A stretch of DNA of 36,204 nt, taken from the sequence record DRR378314_367. One strand, given 5' to 3'. Position 1 is the first letter of the stretch. Each line of letters starts with the position of its first letter. The translations under genes were made by a program, and so were the position numbers. A model generated the notes under the pieces. The model had not been told where the DNA came from, searched no databases, and saw nothing but the letters and a program-made list of their open reading frames with translations. Positions 1-10,006 of the stretch are shown piece by piece.

Positions 1-723
1 ATCCTTGCGCATCCAGTCAACGGCGAAGCCGTGTTCGAAATGGTCGTCCAGCATAGTCTCATACCGGTTTGCCATCTGCCAGCTGCCTGCTGCACCCTGG
101 CTGATTACTTCGACGACCGCGCGACCATCCAGCCCGGCTTTTTCGGCAAAGTGCAGCGCTTCGCTGAGGCCCTGCACCAGCCCGGCGATGGCAATCTGGT
201 TGCACATTTTGGTCATTTGACCCGCACCGCTTTCACCAATGCGTCGACAGATTTTTGAATAGACCTGCATCACCGGTTCGGTCGCATCATAAGCCGCTTG
301 GTCGCCGCCGCACATGATTGATAACACACCATTTTCCGCCCCGGCCTGACCGCCCGAGATCGGGGCATCCACAAAAGCGATACCCTGCGCCTTGCCGGCC
401 TCGTACAACTCGCGGGTTACCTTGGCAGATACGGTGGTGTGGTCCACAAAGACCGTGTTCTTGGCCATTCCTTGAAAGGCCCCATCCTCGCCCGTGCATA
501 CCATACGCAGATCGTCGTCATTGCCGACACAAGCCATCACGAAATCTGCCCCTTCCGCGGCTTCGCGCGGCGTGAGCGCCATAGCTCCGCCATGTTGGGC
601 AACCCATGCCTCGGCCTTGGATGCAGTGCGGTTGTAGACTGTGACGTCGTGGCCTGCAGCTTGAAGGTGCCCTGCCATCGGGTAACCCATGACGCCAAGG
701 CCAAGGAATGCAACTTTTGCCAT
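1..723 (-). CDS. NAD(P)-dependent oxidoreductase, 3-hydroxyisobutyrate dehydrogenase / tartronate semialdehyde reductase family (3' end runs off the window)
   Basis: Not in the ORF track; translated by hand from ATG at 723: MAKVAFLGLGVMGYPMAGHLQAAGHDVTVYNRT... with Rossmann GLGxMG, continuing to ...HGFAVDWMRKD at the window edge. GAGAGGA RBS upstream. Confidence 0.9.
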   Translation of the reverse strand, partial: MAKVAFLGLGVMGYPMAGHLQAAGHDVTVYNRTASKAEAWVAQHGGAMALTPREAAEGADFVMACVGNDDDLRMVCTGEDGAFQGMAKNTVFVDHTTVSAKVTRELYEAGKAQGIAFVDAPISGGQAGAENGVLSIMCGGDQAAYDATEPVMQVYSKICRRIGESGAGQMTKMCNQIAIAGLVQGLSEALHFAEKAGLDGRAVVEVISQGAAGSWQMANRYETMLDDHFEHGFAVDWMRKD

Positions 724-824
724 GTGATGATCCTCTCTGTTATCCGTCCTTGGCCTCAGCGGCGCAGCAGGTCGTGATGTTTAGCAGAGACAAAGCAAAG
801 CTTGGGCCAAAGGGCAACCCTGCG

Positions 825-1214
825 TTAGGGTTTGCCACCAAGGTCTTTGAGGATCGGACAATCCGGGCGGTCATCTCCGGCACAGGCCTCGACAAGATGG
901 CTGAGCGTGTCACGCATGCCTCTGAGGTCAGCGATCTTGGCGTCGATCTGCACCAAATGGTCCCGCGCGACGCGTTTTACATCAGAGCTGGCGCGCGTCT
1001 CATCCTCGTAGAGGGCCAGCAGTGTGCGGCAATCCTCGATGGTGAACCCCAATGCGCGGGCGCGCCCCAAAAATTTCAGCTTGTGAATGTCCTGATCCCG
1101 AAACCGGCGATATCCGTTATCATCACGCAGCGGTTTGATCAGGTCGATATCTTCGTAGTAGCGGATGGTTTTGACGGGCAGACCCGTATGGGTTGAGACC
1201 TCACCAATATTCAT
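825..1214 (-). CDS. cueR: Cu(I)-responsive MerR-family transcriptional regulator
   Basis: MerR HTH (MNIGEV...TIRYYE...NGYR) and C-terminal metal loop [12 protein letters not shown]. Start overlaps the copA stop (ATGA). Confidence 0.95.
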   Translation of the reverse strand: MNIGEVSTHTGLPVKTIRYYEDIDLIKPLRDDNGYRRFRDQDIHKLKFLGRARALGFTIEDCRTLLALYEDETRASSDVKRVARDHLVQIDAKIADLRGMRDTLSHLVEACAGDDRPDCPILKDLGGKP

Positions 1215-3685
1215 GCGATGGCCTCCTTATGGGGTAGTTTTCGACCAATCTCAGGCAAGTTGGTCCGGATGCGCCGAAGCCTCAGGGCGTTCGAGACGAC
1301 AAAGACACTGGACAGGGCCATGGCTCCGGCCGCCAGCGCGGGTGAAAGCAAATGACCGCCCAATGGGTACAACACTCCGGCCGCAACTGGGATTAGAAGC
1401 GTGTTGTACCCAAAGGCCCAGCCAAGATTCTGCCGGATGTTGCGCATTGTGCGTCGGCTGATTTCGACCGCATTCGCAGCCCCGCGCAGATCGCCCGACA
1501 TCAACACCACATCTGCCGTTTCGATGGCCACATCCGTACCGGTTCCAATCGCCAAACCGATATCTGCCGTCGCCAGCGCAGGCGCATCGTTGATACCATC
1601 ACCGACAAAGGCAAGCGTTCCAAACTGGTGCTGCAACTCTTCGATTGCATCAACCTTGCCATCTGGCAGCACCTCGGCAGTGACGTGATCAATGCCCAGC
1701 TTGTCAGCCAATGCTTGTGCTGTTTGTGCGTTGTCGCCCGTGATCATGGCCAGAGTCAGACCCATCTGGTGCAGACGTGCCAACGCTTCGGGCGTGCCCG
1801 GCTTGATTGGGTCCGAAACCGTCAAGGCCGCAGCGGCTTGCCCGTTAATCGCAACATAAATCGGCGTCGCGCCTTCTGCGGCACGTTTCTGAGCCTCAAG
1901 CCGCATGTCGCCGAGGTCAAGGTTGTGTTGCTCCATCAGCCGGTCAGCACCAATCAGTACCGAACAGCCTTCGATTTGCGCACGCAGGCCAAGCCCTGTC
2001 AGAGATTCAAATTCTTCCACATCGGGCAAATTATCGGGCCCTGCGCGTGTGATTGCTGTGGCGATCGGGTGTTCCGAGCGTGCCTCGGCAGCGGCAGCCA
2101 AGCGCAGAACTTCTGCGCGACCAAAGCCATTTGTTGTTATGACGTCTTCCAGTTCCGGGCGGCCAAGGGTCAGTGTGCCTGTCTTATCCAACGCGACCAC
2201 TTTTGCCTGCTGCAAAAGCTGCAGCGCATCCCCTTTACGGAACAACACGCCCAACTCGGCCGCGCGCCCCGTCCCCACTATGATCGAAGTTGGCGTGGCC
2301 AAACCCATCGCACAGGGGCAGGCGATGATCAGCACCGATACCCCGGCCACCAGTGCCAGCGGCAATGCCGGAGCCGGGCCAAAGATCAGCCACGCGGCGA
2401 CCGTCAGCAACGCCACTCCAATAACGGCGGGCACAAAATAGTAGGTGATCCGATCCACCAAACCCTGGATGGGTAGCTTTGCGCTCTGCGCCTGTTCGAC
2501 CATACCAATGACCTGCGCCAGCACAGTATCGGCACCCACATGGGTTGCGCGAATGCGCAGCGCTCCGGTGCCATTTACCGTTCCTCCAACAACCGGATCG
2601 CCCTTTGCTTTGCCAACCGGTACGGGCTCACCCGTGATCATGCTTTCGTCGATATACGAGGTTCCATCCAAAACCGCGCCGTCCACGGGCACACGTTCAC
2701 CCGGACGGATTTGTACGATATCCCCAGCCACGATCTCAGCGATGGGCCGGTCAAGAGTGGCCCCACCCCGCTCGACCCGCGCGGTTTTGGGCTGCAGCCC
2801 AACCAGTTTGCGGATCGCGGCCCCGGTTCGTCCCTTAGCACGGGATTCCATCAGGCGGCCCAGCAAGATCAGCACAACGATGACCGCTGCAGCCTCGAAA
2901 TAGACATTTGCAGTGCCTTGCGGCAGCACCTGCGGCGCAAAAGTTGCGAGGACCGAATACAGATACGCCGCGCCTGTTCCTAATGCGACCAGTGCATTCA
3001 TATCGGGCGCACCACGCAACAGCGATGGAATGCCCTTGGCATAGAACACGCGCCCCGGGCCGAGAAGCAACGCAGAGGTTAGGGCGAACTGGATCAGATG
3101 GCTTGTATGCAAGCCAATGGTCGCATGCACCCAATGGTGAAATGCTGGGATCATGTGCCCGCCCATTTCCAGTACGAAAACCGGCAAGGCCAATGCGACG
3201 GCGGTCATAGTTGTGCGGCGCAAACCAGCAAGTTCTTTGGCCTTGCCATCGCGATCCGCCGTGCCGGTATCCGTCGGGCGCGTCGGATACCCCGCTTCAG
3301 TTAGTGTTTTGGCCAACGTTGCCGGTTCGGTTGCGCTGTCGGCATAGGTTACAGTGGCGCTGTTGGTGGCAAGATTGACCGCTGCGTCAACCACACCCGG
3401 TGCGGCCCTCAGGGCGCGTTCAATCCGGGATACGCACGAGGCGCAGTTCATACCGTCGATGTCTAGACGGGTCTGTTGTGTTGCTGCCGGATATCCTGCT
3501 GTTTTGAGCGCATCCAGAACTTCGGAAATCGATTTGTCATAGGTGACATCTGCGGTTTCGGTCGCGAAGTTGACCACGGCAGCACGCACGCCCGGTGCGG
3601 CCCGCAATGCGCCTTCAACCCGGCCAACGCACGAGGCGCAGCTCATACCTGTTATCTTGATCTGTGAGTGCAGTGAATCGGCCAT
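1211..3685 (-). CDS. copA: Copper-translocating P1B-type ATPase
   Basis: Two HMA domains (GMSCASC, GMNCASC), [26 protein letters not shown] and MALSS motifs. Start moved to ATG 3685 because the longer ORF runs through the CueR promoter. Confidence 0.95.
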   Translation of the reverse strand: MADSLHSQIKITGMSCASCVGRVEGALRAAPGVRAAVVNFATETADVTYDKSISEVLDALKTAGYPAATQQTRLDIDGMNCASCVSRIERALRAAPGVVDAAVNLATNSATVTYADSATEPATLAKTLTEAGYPTRPTDTGTADRDGKAKELAGLRRTTMTAVALALPVFVLEMGGHMIPAFHHWVHATIGLHTSHLIQFALTSALLLGPGRVFYAKGIPSLLRGAPDMNALVALGTGAAYLYSVLATFAPQVLPQGTANVYFEAAAVIVVLILLGRLMESRAKGRTGAAIRKLVGLQPKTARVERGGATLDRPIAEIVAGDIVQIRPGERVPVDGAVLDGTSYIDESMITGEPVPVGKAKGDPVVGGTVNGTGALRIRATHVGADTVLAQVIGMVEQAQSAKLPIQGLVDRITYYFVPAVIGVALLTVAAWLIFGPAPALPLALVAGVSVLIIACPCAMGLATPTSIIVGTGRAAELGVLFRKGDALQLLQQAKVVALDKTGTLTLGRPELEDVITTNGFGRAEVLRLAAAAEARSEHPIATAITRAGPDNLPDVEEFESLTGLGLRAQIEGCSVLIGADRLMEQHNLDLGDMRLEAQKRAAEGATPIYVAINGQAAAALTVSDPIKPGTPEALARLHQMGLTLAMITGDNAQTAQALADKLGIDHVTAEVLPDGKVDAIEELQHQFGTLAFVGDGINDAPALATADIGLAIGTGTDVAIETADVVLMSGDLRGAANAVEISRRTMRNIRQNLGWAFGYNTLLIPVAAGVLYPLGGHLLSPALAAGAMALSSVFVVSNALRLRRIRTNLPEIGRKLPHKEAIA

Positions 3686-3716
3686 CCGAGGCGCCCTGAC
3701 AATGATGTTCGCCTTA

Positions 3717-3747
3717 GATATAAAGGTTCCAGTGACAGGAGGGTCAA
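3717..3747 (-). promoter_or_regulatory. CueR-type sigma70 promoter/operator of copA-cueR
   Basis: Minus strand reads TTGACC-CTCCTGTCACTGGAACCTT-TATATC: a -35 box, 19-bp spacer and ACCcTCC-N7-GGAAccT dyad matching the CueR consensus ACCTTCC-N7-GGAAGGT. The -10 box is imperfect. Confidence 0.8.
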
Positions 3748-3797
3748 GGTGCAGCTGACACCTGCGCGCGCCCGTCGCACCCAAACTTGCAGCTTTT

Positions 3798-4430
3798 CTA
3801 TCTGCCTGAAGCTTTGAGTTCGGTCAATTCACGTTGCAGCCGCTGGTTTTCTGCCTGTAGCACCGCCAGTTGCTGGCCCAGATCGTTCAGGTGCGGCCGA
3901 AGCTCGGCTTCGGTAAAGCGTGGTGTAATGTGGCGCGGGCAGTTCCAGTCGAGCGCTTCAACCTTGATGATCGCTGCGCGCTCGGCTTCGGTCTCGGCGC
4001 CTTCAACATAGAGATCAGCCGCCGCCTCGGGACCTTCCGAAAATTCCATACGCCCAAGGATCTTAAGGCGGCGCTGGTTCGCATAATCCATCAGGATCAA
4101 GGCCACGCGGTCATTCCCATCCAGATTCCCGCGCGAAATATACTGCTTGTTTCCCGATAAATCCGCATAACCGATTGTTTGCGAATCCAGCACTTTCAAA
4201 AATCCGATTGGCCCGCCACGGAACTGCACATAGGGCCAGCCCGTTTCAGACACCGTAGCTTGATAGAACCCGTCACGGGCCTGAATGAACGCCTCTTCTG
4301 TCGGGCCGATTTGGTGGCCTTGCTGTGGTCCGGAGTTGAGAAATTTCGCATAAGTAGCAGCAGATCCCATCCGTTCCTGATGGGCGCGAACTGTAGGCGT
4401 GAATGTCAGTTCAGAAAAGGCGCGGGGCAT
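3798..4430 (-). CDS. Pyridoxamine 5'-phosphate oxidase-like FMN-binding protein with C-terminal coiled coil
   Basis: [48 protein letters not shown] family motifs. Start MPRAF at 4430 preceded by AGGAG. Confidence 0.85.
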   Translation of the reverse strand: MPRAFSELTFTPTVRAHQERMGSAATYAKFLNSGPQQGHQIGPTEEAFIQARDGFYQATVSETGWPYVQFRGGPIGFLKVLDSQTIGYADLSGNKQYISRGNLDGNDRVALILMDYANQRRLKILGRMEFSEGPEAAADLYVEGAETEAERAAIIKVEALDWNCPRHITPRFTEAELRPHLNDLGQQLAVLQAENQRLQRELTELKASGR

Positions 4431-4536
4431 TGTGCTGTCTCCTGGGGCTGCCGGGGCTTGCCCAATATGGTCGACTAACGTGTGGTCTGTCAGGCGTGGG
4501 AACGCAGATGTGATCACGAGCGGCTTTTGCGCCAAA

Positions 4537-4570
4537 GACGTTGCGTAGCGTTCTTGCTGGACGCAACGTC
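4537..4570. repeat. Perfect 10-bp inverted repeat (GACGTTGCGT-N14-ACGCAACGTC) in a divergent promoter region
   Basis: Read directly from the sequence; lies about 70-100 bp upstream of the acyl-CoA dehydrogenase start. Confidence 0.7.
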
Positions 4571-4637
4571 ACACGGATTGGAAGGAATCACACTCCCGAG
4601 TAGCCTTAGGCAAACACTTGATCTGGAGAGCTAATTG

Positions 4638-5795
4638 ATGTCGCTTTTTACCAGCACTGCCACTTGGGTTACGGATGAACACCGGATGTTTGCCGAAATG
4701 GCGGGCCGGTTCATGGATGATGAACTGGTGCCCAACACCGAAAAATGGGCTGAGAACGGCGTGGTTGACCGCGGGTTCTGGTTGCAGGCGGGGCAGACGG
4801 GTCTGATGGCCGGTTCGATTGCCGAGGAGTATGGCGGCGTGGGCGGTGGGATGGGCTTCGATGCCGTCACCTTGTACGAGCAGACCGCGCGCGGTGATGC
4901 GGGATGGGGTTATGGCATCCAGTCCATCGTGATTCATTATATCTCCACATATGGCAGTGAAGATCAGAAACAGAAATGGCTGCCGAAACTGGCCTCGGGC
5001 GAAATGATCGGTGCGCTGGCTATGACCGAGCCGGGCACCGGATCGGATGTTCAGGCGGTGAAGACGACGGCTGAGAGGGATGGCAATTCGTACCGGTTCA
5101 ACGGATCCAAGATCTTTATCACCAACGGGCAATCTGCTGATCTGGTCATTGTGGCGGCCAAAACTGACAAGTCTCTGGGTGCGAAGGGTGTTTCGCTGAT
5201 TGCAATCGAAACCGATGGGGCCGAAGGGTTTCGGAAGGGGCGAAACCTCAAAAAGCTAGGGATGAAGGGTAATGATACGGCCGAGCTGTTCTTTGAGGAC
5301 GTCAAAGTACCGATGACCAACCTGCTTGGCCCGGAAGAGGGGCAGGGCTTCTATCAGTTGATGAAGCAGTTGCCCTGGGAACGGCTGACCATCGGGATCA
5401 TGGCGCTGGGTGCGATCGATTTCGCACTCTCCGAAACGGTGAAGTATGTGCAAGAGCGCAAGGCCTTTGGTCAGCGGGTGATGGATTTCCAGAACACGCG
5501 TTTCAAGTTGGCCGAGTGCAAGACCAAGGCCGAAGTGCTGCGCAGTTTCGTTAATGACTGCATCGGGAAGCTGGAAGCTGGTGAACTGGACGCGGCGACG
5601 GCTTCGATGGTGAAGTATTGGGGGTCGGAAGTGCAGAACGAAGTCATGCACGAATGTCTGCAACTGTTCGGGGGTTACGGGTTCATGATGGAATACCCGA
5701 TTGCGCGGCTCTATGCGGACGCACGGGTTCAGATGATCTATGGCGGGACCAATGAGGTTATGAAGGAACTCATCGCCCGCTCGTTGGACGTCTGA
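4638..5795 (+). CDS. Acyl-CoA dehydrogenase (long-chain-specific type)
   Basis: AMTEPGTGSD, NGSKIFITNG, QLPWERL, RKAFG, QLFGGYG, IYGGTNE. ATG 4638 follows GGAGAG. Confidence 0.93.
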   Translation: MSLFTSTATWVTDEHRMFAEMAGRFMDDELVPNTEKWAENGVVDRGFWLQAGQTGLMAGSIAEEYGGVGGGMGFDAVTLYEQTARGDAGWGYGIQSIVIHYISTYGSEDQKQKWLPKLASGEMIGALAMTEPGTGSDVQAVKTTAERDGNSYRFNGSKIFITNGQSADLVIVAAKTDKSLGAKGVSLIAIETDGAEGFRKGRNLKKLGMKGNDTAELFFEDVKVPMTNLLGPEEGQGFYQLMKQLPWERLTIGIMALGAIDFALSETVKYVQERKAFGQRVMDFQNTRFKLAECKTKAEVLRSFVNDCIGKLEAGELDAATASMVKYWGSEVQNEVMHECLQLFGGYGFMMEYPIARLYADARVQMIYGGTNEVMKELIARSLDV

Positions 5796-5957
5796 CACCA
5801 AGCACTCCCGCCCGTCGTCGACATTCCTGACCCTCCTCGCTGTCCGCAGGACGCAAGGCCGTAGGCCGCGCAGGATTCGTCACAGACCGGCATTGATGCG
5901 GTGCGTCTTGCCTGCCACTGTGATCAACAGGAATATCAGACCGGGAGGAAACCCAGC

Positions 5958-6710
5958 ATGGATACGTCCAACAAGGATCGCATATGTGCGTTGCTCAAAA
6001 GTATTGAGACTGGCGATCCGGGCCCGATATCGGTTGTGAACGAAGCTCGGTACATTCAACATAATCCGCAAACCCACGAAGGCAGTGAGGGGTTGGCGGC
6101 TTTGTTCAAGCGGCTGTCCGAGACCTCGCCGCGTGTAAACATCGTACGCGCGTTTGAGGATGGTGCATTCGTATTTGCCCACACGGAGTATGATTTCGCG
6201 CGCCGCAATATCGGCTTTGAAGTATTCCGGTTCGAAGACGGTCAGGCGGTCGAGCATTGGGACAATATTCAAAAACGTCTGGGGCCGAATGGCTCAGGGC
6301 ATAGCATGGTGGACGGCACTGCAGGGGTTCGGGATGTTGAGAAGACCGAAGAAAACCGGGTTTTCGTCCGTGCGTTCGTCGAAACAGCGTTGATTGCCGG
6401 GGACCAAAGTCAGATTGATGCCTGTATAGATCCAGCCGCCTTTGTAGAGCATAGCCCACGTTTCTCTGACGACCTCACAGAGTTGCGGGCCGCGATATCC
6501 GATGCAGGCGATGTGAATTATCAGCGTCTCCATCGTGTCTTGGCGGAAGGCGATTTTGTTTTGACGGTTTGCGAAGGCGAGCTTGAGGGGAACCACACCT
6601 CTTTCTATGACTTGTTCCGAGTGTCTGATGGCAAGATCGTCGAACATTGGGACACGATTGAGTCCATCGCGCCGCGCAGTGAATGGAAAAATGACAACGG
6701 AAAGTTCTGA
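5958..6710 (+). CDS. Tandem SnoaL-like (NTF2 superfamily) domain protein
   Basis: Two repeats each ending FR..DG..VEHWD and containing YIQHNP / FVEHSP. ATG 5958 follows GGGAGG. Confidence 0.85.
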   Translation: MDTSNKDRICALLKSIETGDPGPISVVNEARYIQHNPQTHEGSEGLAALFKRLSETSPRVNIVRAFEDGAFVFAHTEYDFARRNIGFEVFRFEDGQAVEHWDNIQKRLGPNGSGHSMVDGTAGVRDVEKTEENRVFVRAFVETALIAGDQSQIDACIDPAAFVEHSPRFSDDLTELRAAISDAGDVNYQRLHRVLAEGDFVLTVCEGELEGNHTSFYDLFRVSDGKIVEHWDTIESIAPRSEWKNDNGKF

Positions 6711-6717
6711 GGTGGCG

Positions 6718-7617
6718 CTAAAGGCTAGCTCCCGTCTTTAACTGGCTATCGATCCAACTCCGGAAGGATCGCAGCGGCTCGGGCGTGGTACGGTCATTCG
6801 GCCAGACTAGATAATAGCTGCCAAGACTCACGCCTGGCCCGTGCCATGCCTGAACAAGCCGCCCGGCGCGCAGATCGTCCTGCACCAGATATGACGGCAG
6901 CAAAGCCACACCCAACCCGTGAATCGTGGCCTGAATCATGGTCGAGAATTGGTCGAATAGCATCCCCTGCAGGCCCGTAACCCTTTGACCCTGCATCTCA
7001 AACCAGCGCTCCCAGGCATCTGGCCTGGAATCCAGATGCAAAAGCGGCGCGGAGTGCAGGGTATCCAAACTACCAAAATCGGCGGCGGTAGACATTGGGG
7101 CGCAGACGGGTAAGACCTCTTCCCGCATTATGGGCAAATAGTGAACGCCAGCCCATTCTTGCTGTCCGAAATGAATGGCGGCATCAAACGGCTCGGACGC
7201 GAAATCAAACGGTTTAAGTCGGGTGCCCAGATTGACCGTGACCTCTGGATGACGTCGGGCAAAATCTTGCAGTCGGGGTGCGAGCCAGTGCATTCCGAAT
7301 GCGGGTAGGATCGACAGGTTAAGCGATCCGCCCGCCGGGTTTGCTTTGAGTTTCAATGCGGCCTGTGCGAGCTCTTGCACTGCAGACCTTGCGGTTTGCA
7401 CATAGTCTTTAGCGGCAGGTGTCAGGTGCAACCGCATCTGGCTGCGTTCGATCAGTTGAACCCCCAGTTGGTCTTCCATCGTCTTCAACTGGCGACTGAT
7501 CGCGCTTTGCGTCAAGGATAGTTCAGCAGCCGCAGCCGATGCACTACCCAGCCGGTCCACAGCTTCAAGCGCAAGCAGAGAGGAGATGGAAGGTAAAAAT
7601 CGCCGGGGTGCAATCAT
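6718..7617 (-). CDS. LysR-family regulator, GcvA/GcdR-like
   Basis: LPSISSLLALEA...LTQSAISRQ HTH, HWLAPRL, GLGVALLP. Divergent from the E1 operon. Start taken at MIAPRRF (7617); 7632 is an alternative. Confidence 0.9.
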   Translation of the reverse strand: MIAPRRFLPSISSLLALEAVDRLGSASAAAAELSLTQSAISRQLKTMEDQLGVQLIERSQMRLHLTPAAKDYVQTARSAVQELAQAALKLKANPAGGSLNLSILPAFGMHWLAPRLQDFARRHPEVTVNLGTRLKPFDFASEPFDAAIHFGQQEWAGVHYLPIMREEVLPVCAPMSTAADFGSLDTLHSAPLLHLDSRPDAWERWFEMQGQRVTGLQGMLFDQFSTMIQATIHGLGVALLPSYLVQDDLRAGRLVQAWHGPGVSLGSYYLVWPNDRTTPEPLRSFRSWIDSQLKTGASL

Positions 7618-7633
7618 ATGATTTATCCTCATA
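7617..7633. promoter_or_regulatory. Candidate LysR recognition site TATGA-N7-TCATA (contains T-N11-A)
   Basis: Dyad TATGA TTTATCC TCATA abutting the LysR start codon, the usual position for divergent LysR boxes. Confidence 0.6.
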
Positions 7634-7813
7634 CCTTATCAACGCAATAGCACTGGTTTTTTCCTATCGCCAGAGCGATGACTGCAAGAACACACTAACA
7701 CTATCCGTGACCTTGAAATTCACACCGGAGCGCGGGACAAATCAAAAAAGCGGGCAGCGCCCGCGCCGCGGTCGACCAAGACCGATGACACAGACCAGAC
7801 AAAAGCGAGAGCC

Positions 7814-10006
7814 ATGGACCGCGCCCAGATCGTACATGAGAATTTTCTGACCCGTGTCGCAGATCGCGATTTTCCCGACGGCGCGCCGCCGTGTGAAGGG
7901 TTGAGTGATACGGATGCCGTTTCGCTATTTCGGTCGCAGATTCTCAGCCGTGCGCTGGATCGAACCAGTCGGGCGATGCAGAAGGCCGGGCAGGGGTTCT
8001 ACACCATCGGCTCGTCCGGGCATGAAGGGATGGCAGCCGTCGCACATGCGCTGCGGCCAACCGATATTGCGTTCCTCCATTATCGGGACGCGGCCTTTCA
8101 GATCTCGCGGTCTGAACAGGTGCCAGGGCAGCAGATCGCTTGGGACATGCTGCTTAGTTTCGCGTGTTCGCGTGAGGACCCCACTTCGGGCGGGCGGCAT
8201 AAGGTGTTGGGATCAAAGGCGCTGATGATCCCACCTCAAACCTCAACCATTGCAAGCCATTTGCCGAAAGCGGTCGGTGCAGCCTATGCGCTTGGGGCTG
8301 CGCGTCGACATGCGCCCGAGCATTGTGTGTTACCGGAAGACGGGATTGCGATGTGTTCGTTTGGGGATGCGTCGGCCAATCACTCCACGGCTCAGGGTGC
8401 GATCAACACGGCTGGCTGGACCAGTGTGCAGTCGACGCCGTTGCCGCTGTTGTTCGTGTGTGAAGACAATGGAATTGGTATTTCGGTCAAAACACCCAAG
8501 GGCTGGATCCAGGCGTCGATGGAGCATCGTCCGGGGATCAAGTATTTTCAGGCCAATGGGCTGGACGTTTATGAGACTTATGCGGTTGCTAGTGAGGCTG
8601 CCGACTATGTCCGCAGGCGTCGGAAACCGGCCTTCCTGCACCTAAAAACCGTTCGTCTTTATGGCCATGCCGGAGCGGATGTGCCGACTACCTATCTGCC
8701 GAAATCCGAAGTCGAGGAAGATGAGGCCAACGATCCGTTGCTGCATACTGTGCGCTTGCTTGACCAGGCCGGTGCGCTGTTGCCGGATCAGGCGCTGGAT
8801 ATCTATCGCGACACCTGCGCCAGAACGGATCGCGTAGCCACAAAGGCCGCCAGCCGTCCGCATTTGGTCAATGCGTCCGAGGTTATGGCGAGCCTGATCC
8901 CACCAAAGCGCCCCTGCAAGCCGACCAACGGCCCAAGCGCCGAGGTGCGCGCGAAAGCCTTTGGCGGGGATATGCGCGCGATGGTTGAACGACAACCCAT
9001 GAGCCGCCTGATCAACTGGGCGCTGACCGATCTGATGCTGGAGCATAGCGAAATCATCTGCATGGGTGAGGACGTGGGCCGCAAGGGCGGTGTATATGGC
9101 GTGACGCAGAAGCTGCAGCAGCGCTTTGGCCCGGACAGGGTGATCGACACCTTGCTGGATGAGCAATCCATTCTGGGTCTTGCCATCGGCATGGGCCATA
9201 ACGGGTTCGTCCCGATCCCCGAAATCCAGTTTCTGGCCTATCTGCACAATGCCGAGGACCAGATAAGGGGCGAGGCTGCCACGTTGCCGTTCTTTTCAAA
9301 CGGGCAGTTCACCAACCCAATGGTGCTGCGGATCGCTGGTTTGGGATATCAGAAAGGGTTTGGTGGACATTTCCACAATGACAACTCTTTAGCTGTTTTG
9401 CGGGATATTCCGGGTGTGATCATCGCGTGCCCCTCGACCGGGGCGGACGCGGCGCAGATGCTACGTGAATGCGTGCGACTGGCGCGAGAGGAGCAGCGCG
9501 TGGTTGTATTTCTCGAACCGATCGCGCTCTACCCGATGCGTGATTTGCATGGGGCGCAGGATGGGGAATGGATGACCAATTATCCGTCTCCCGATCAGAA
9601 GATCGCGCTGGGCGAAATTGGCATACATGGTGCCGGCACAGATCTGGCAATTGTGACCTATGGCAACGGGCACTACCTATCGAAACAGGCCTTGCCGGAA
9701 CTTGAAGCGGCGGGTCTGAAAACCCGGATCATTGACATGCGTTGGCTGGCGCCGTTACCGACCGATGCCCTGCGCGAGGCCACCAAAATGTGTAAACACA
9801 TTTTGATCGTTGATGAATGTCGCCGTACCGGCAGTCAATCCGAGGCGCTGATGACTTTCTTCGTCGAAGAAAGTCCCTCCACCCCGACCGCTCGTGTTGT
9901 GGCCGAGGATTGCTTTATTGCAACCGGCCCGGCCTATGCGGCCTCTCTTCCCACCAAGGACGGAACTGTCTCTGCCGCTTTGGCTTTGACCGGAGGTAAA
10001 TCATGA
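7814..10006 (+). CDS. ThDP-dependent 2-oxoacid dehydrogenase E1, fused alpha+beta subunits
   Basis: Alpha part: GHEG, HYRD, ThDP motif variant GDAS...EDNGIGIS, RLYGHAGAD. Beta part: GEDVGRKGGV, DEQ, EIQF, GGHFHN and a transketolase C-terminal region. No lipoyl domain. Confidence 0.9.
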   Translation: MDRAQIVHENFLTRVADRDFPDGAPPCEGLSDTDAVSLFRSQILSRALDRTSRAMQKAGQGFYTIGSSGHEGMAAVAHALRPTDIAFLHYRDAAFQISRSEQVPGQQIAWDMLLSFACSREDPTSGGRHKVLGSKALMIPPQTSTIASHLPKAVGAAYALGAARRHAPEHCVLPEDGIAMCSFGDASANHSTAQGAINTAGWTSVQSTPLPLLFVCEDNGIGISVKTPKGWIQASMEHRPGIKYFQANGLDVYETYAVASEAADYVRRRRKPAFLHLKTVRLYGHAGADVPTTYLPKSEVEEDEANDPLLHTVRLLDQAGALLPDQALDIYRDTCARTDRVATKAASRPHLVNASEVMASLIPPKRPCKPTNGPSAEVRAKAFGGDMRAMVERQPMSRLINWALTDLMLEHSEIICMGEDVGRKGGVYGVTQKLQQRFGPDRVIDTLLDEQSILGLAIGMGHNGFVPIPEIQFLAYLHNAEDQIRGEAATLPFFSNGQFTNPMVLRIAGLGYQKGFGGHFHNDNSLAVLRDIPGVIIACPSTGADAAQMLRECVRLAREEQRVVVFLEPIALYPMRDLHGAQDGEWMTNYPSPDQKIALGEIGIHGAGTDLAIVTYGNGHYLSKQALPELEAAGLKTRIIDMRWLAPLPTDALREATKMCKHILIVDECRRTGSQSEALMTFFVEESPSTPTARVVAEDCFIATGPAYAASLPTKDGTVSAALALTGGKS

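Noticed and set aside
1628-2476. Long antisense or alternate-frame ORFs (also 708-1196, 19603-20406, 27418-28269, 31075-31914, 34254-34970)
   Set aside because: Shadows of well-supported genes in GC-rich DNA, with no recognisable motifs.
4638-5795. Glutaryl-CoA dehydrogenase completing the lysine pathway
   Set aside because: Motifs (QLPWERL, IYGGTNE) are long-chain-type; GcdH typically has TYEGT.
7814-10006. Standard branched-chain 2-oxoacid or pyruvate dehydrogenase E1 (bkdA/pdhAB)
   Set aside because: No E2/E3 alongside, divergent motifs (GDAS, DTLLDEQ) and an acyltransferase partner.
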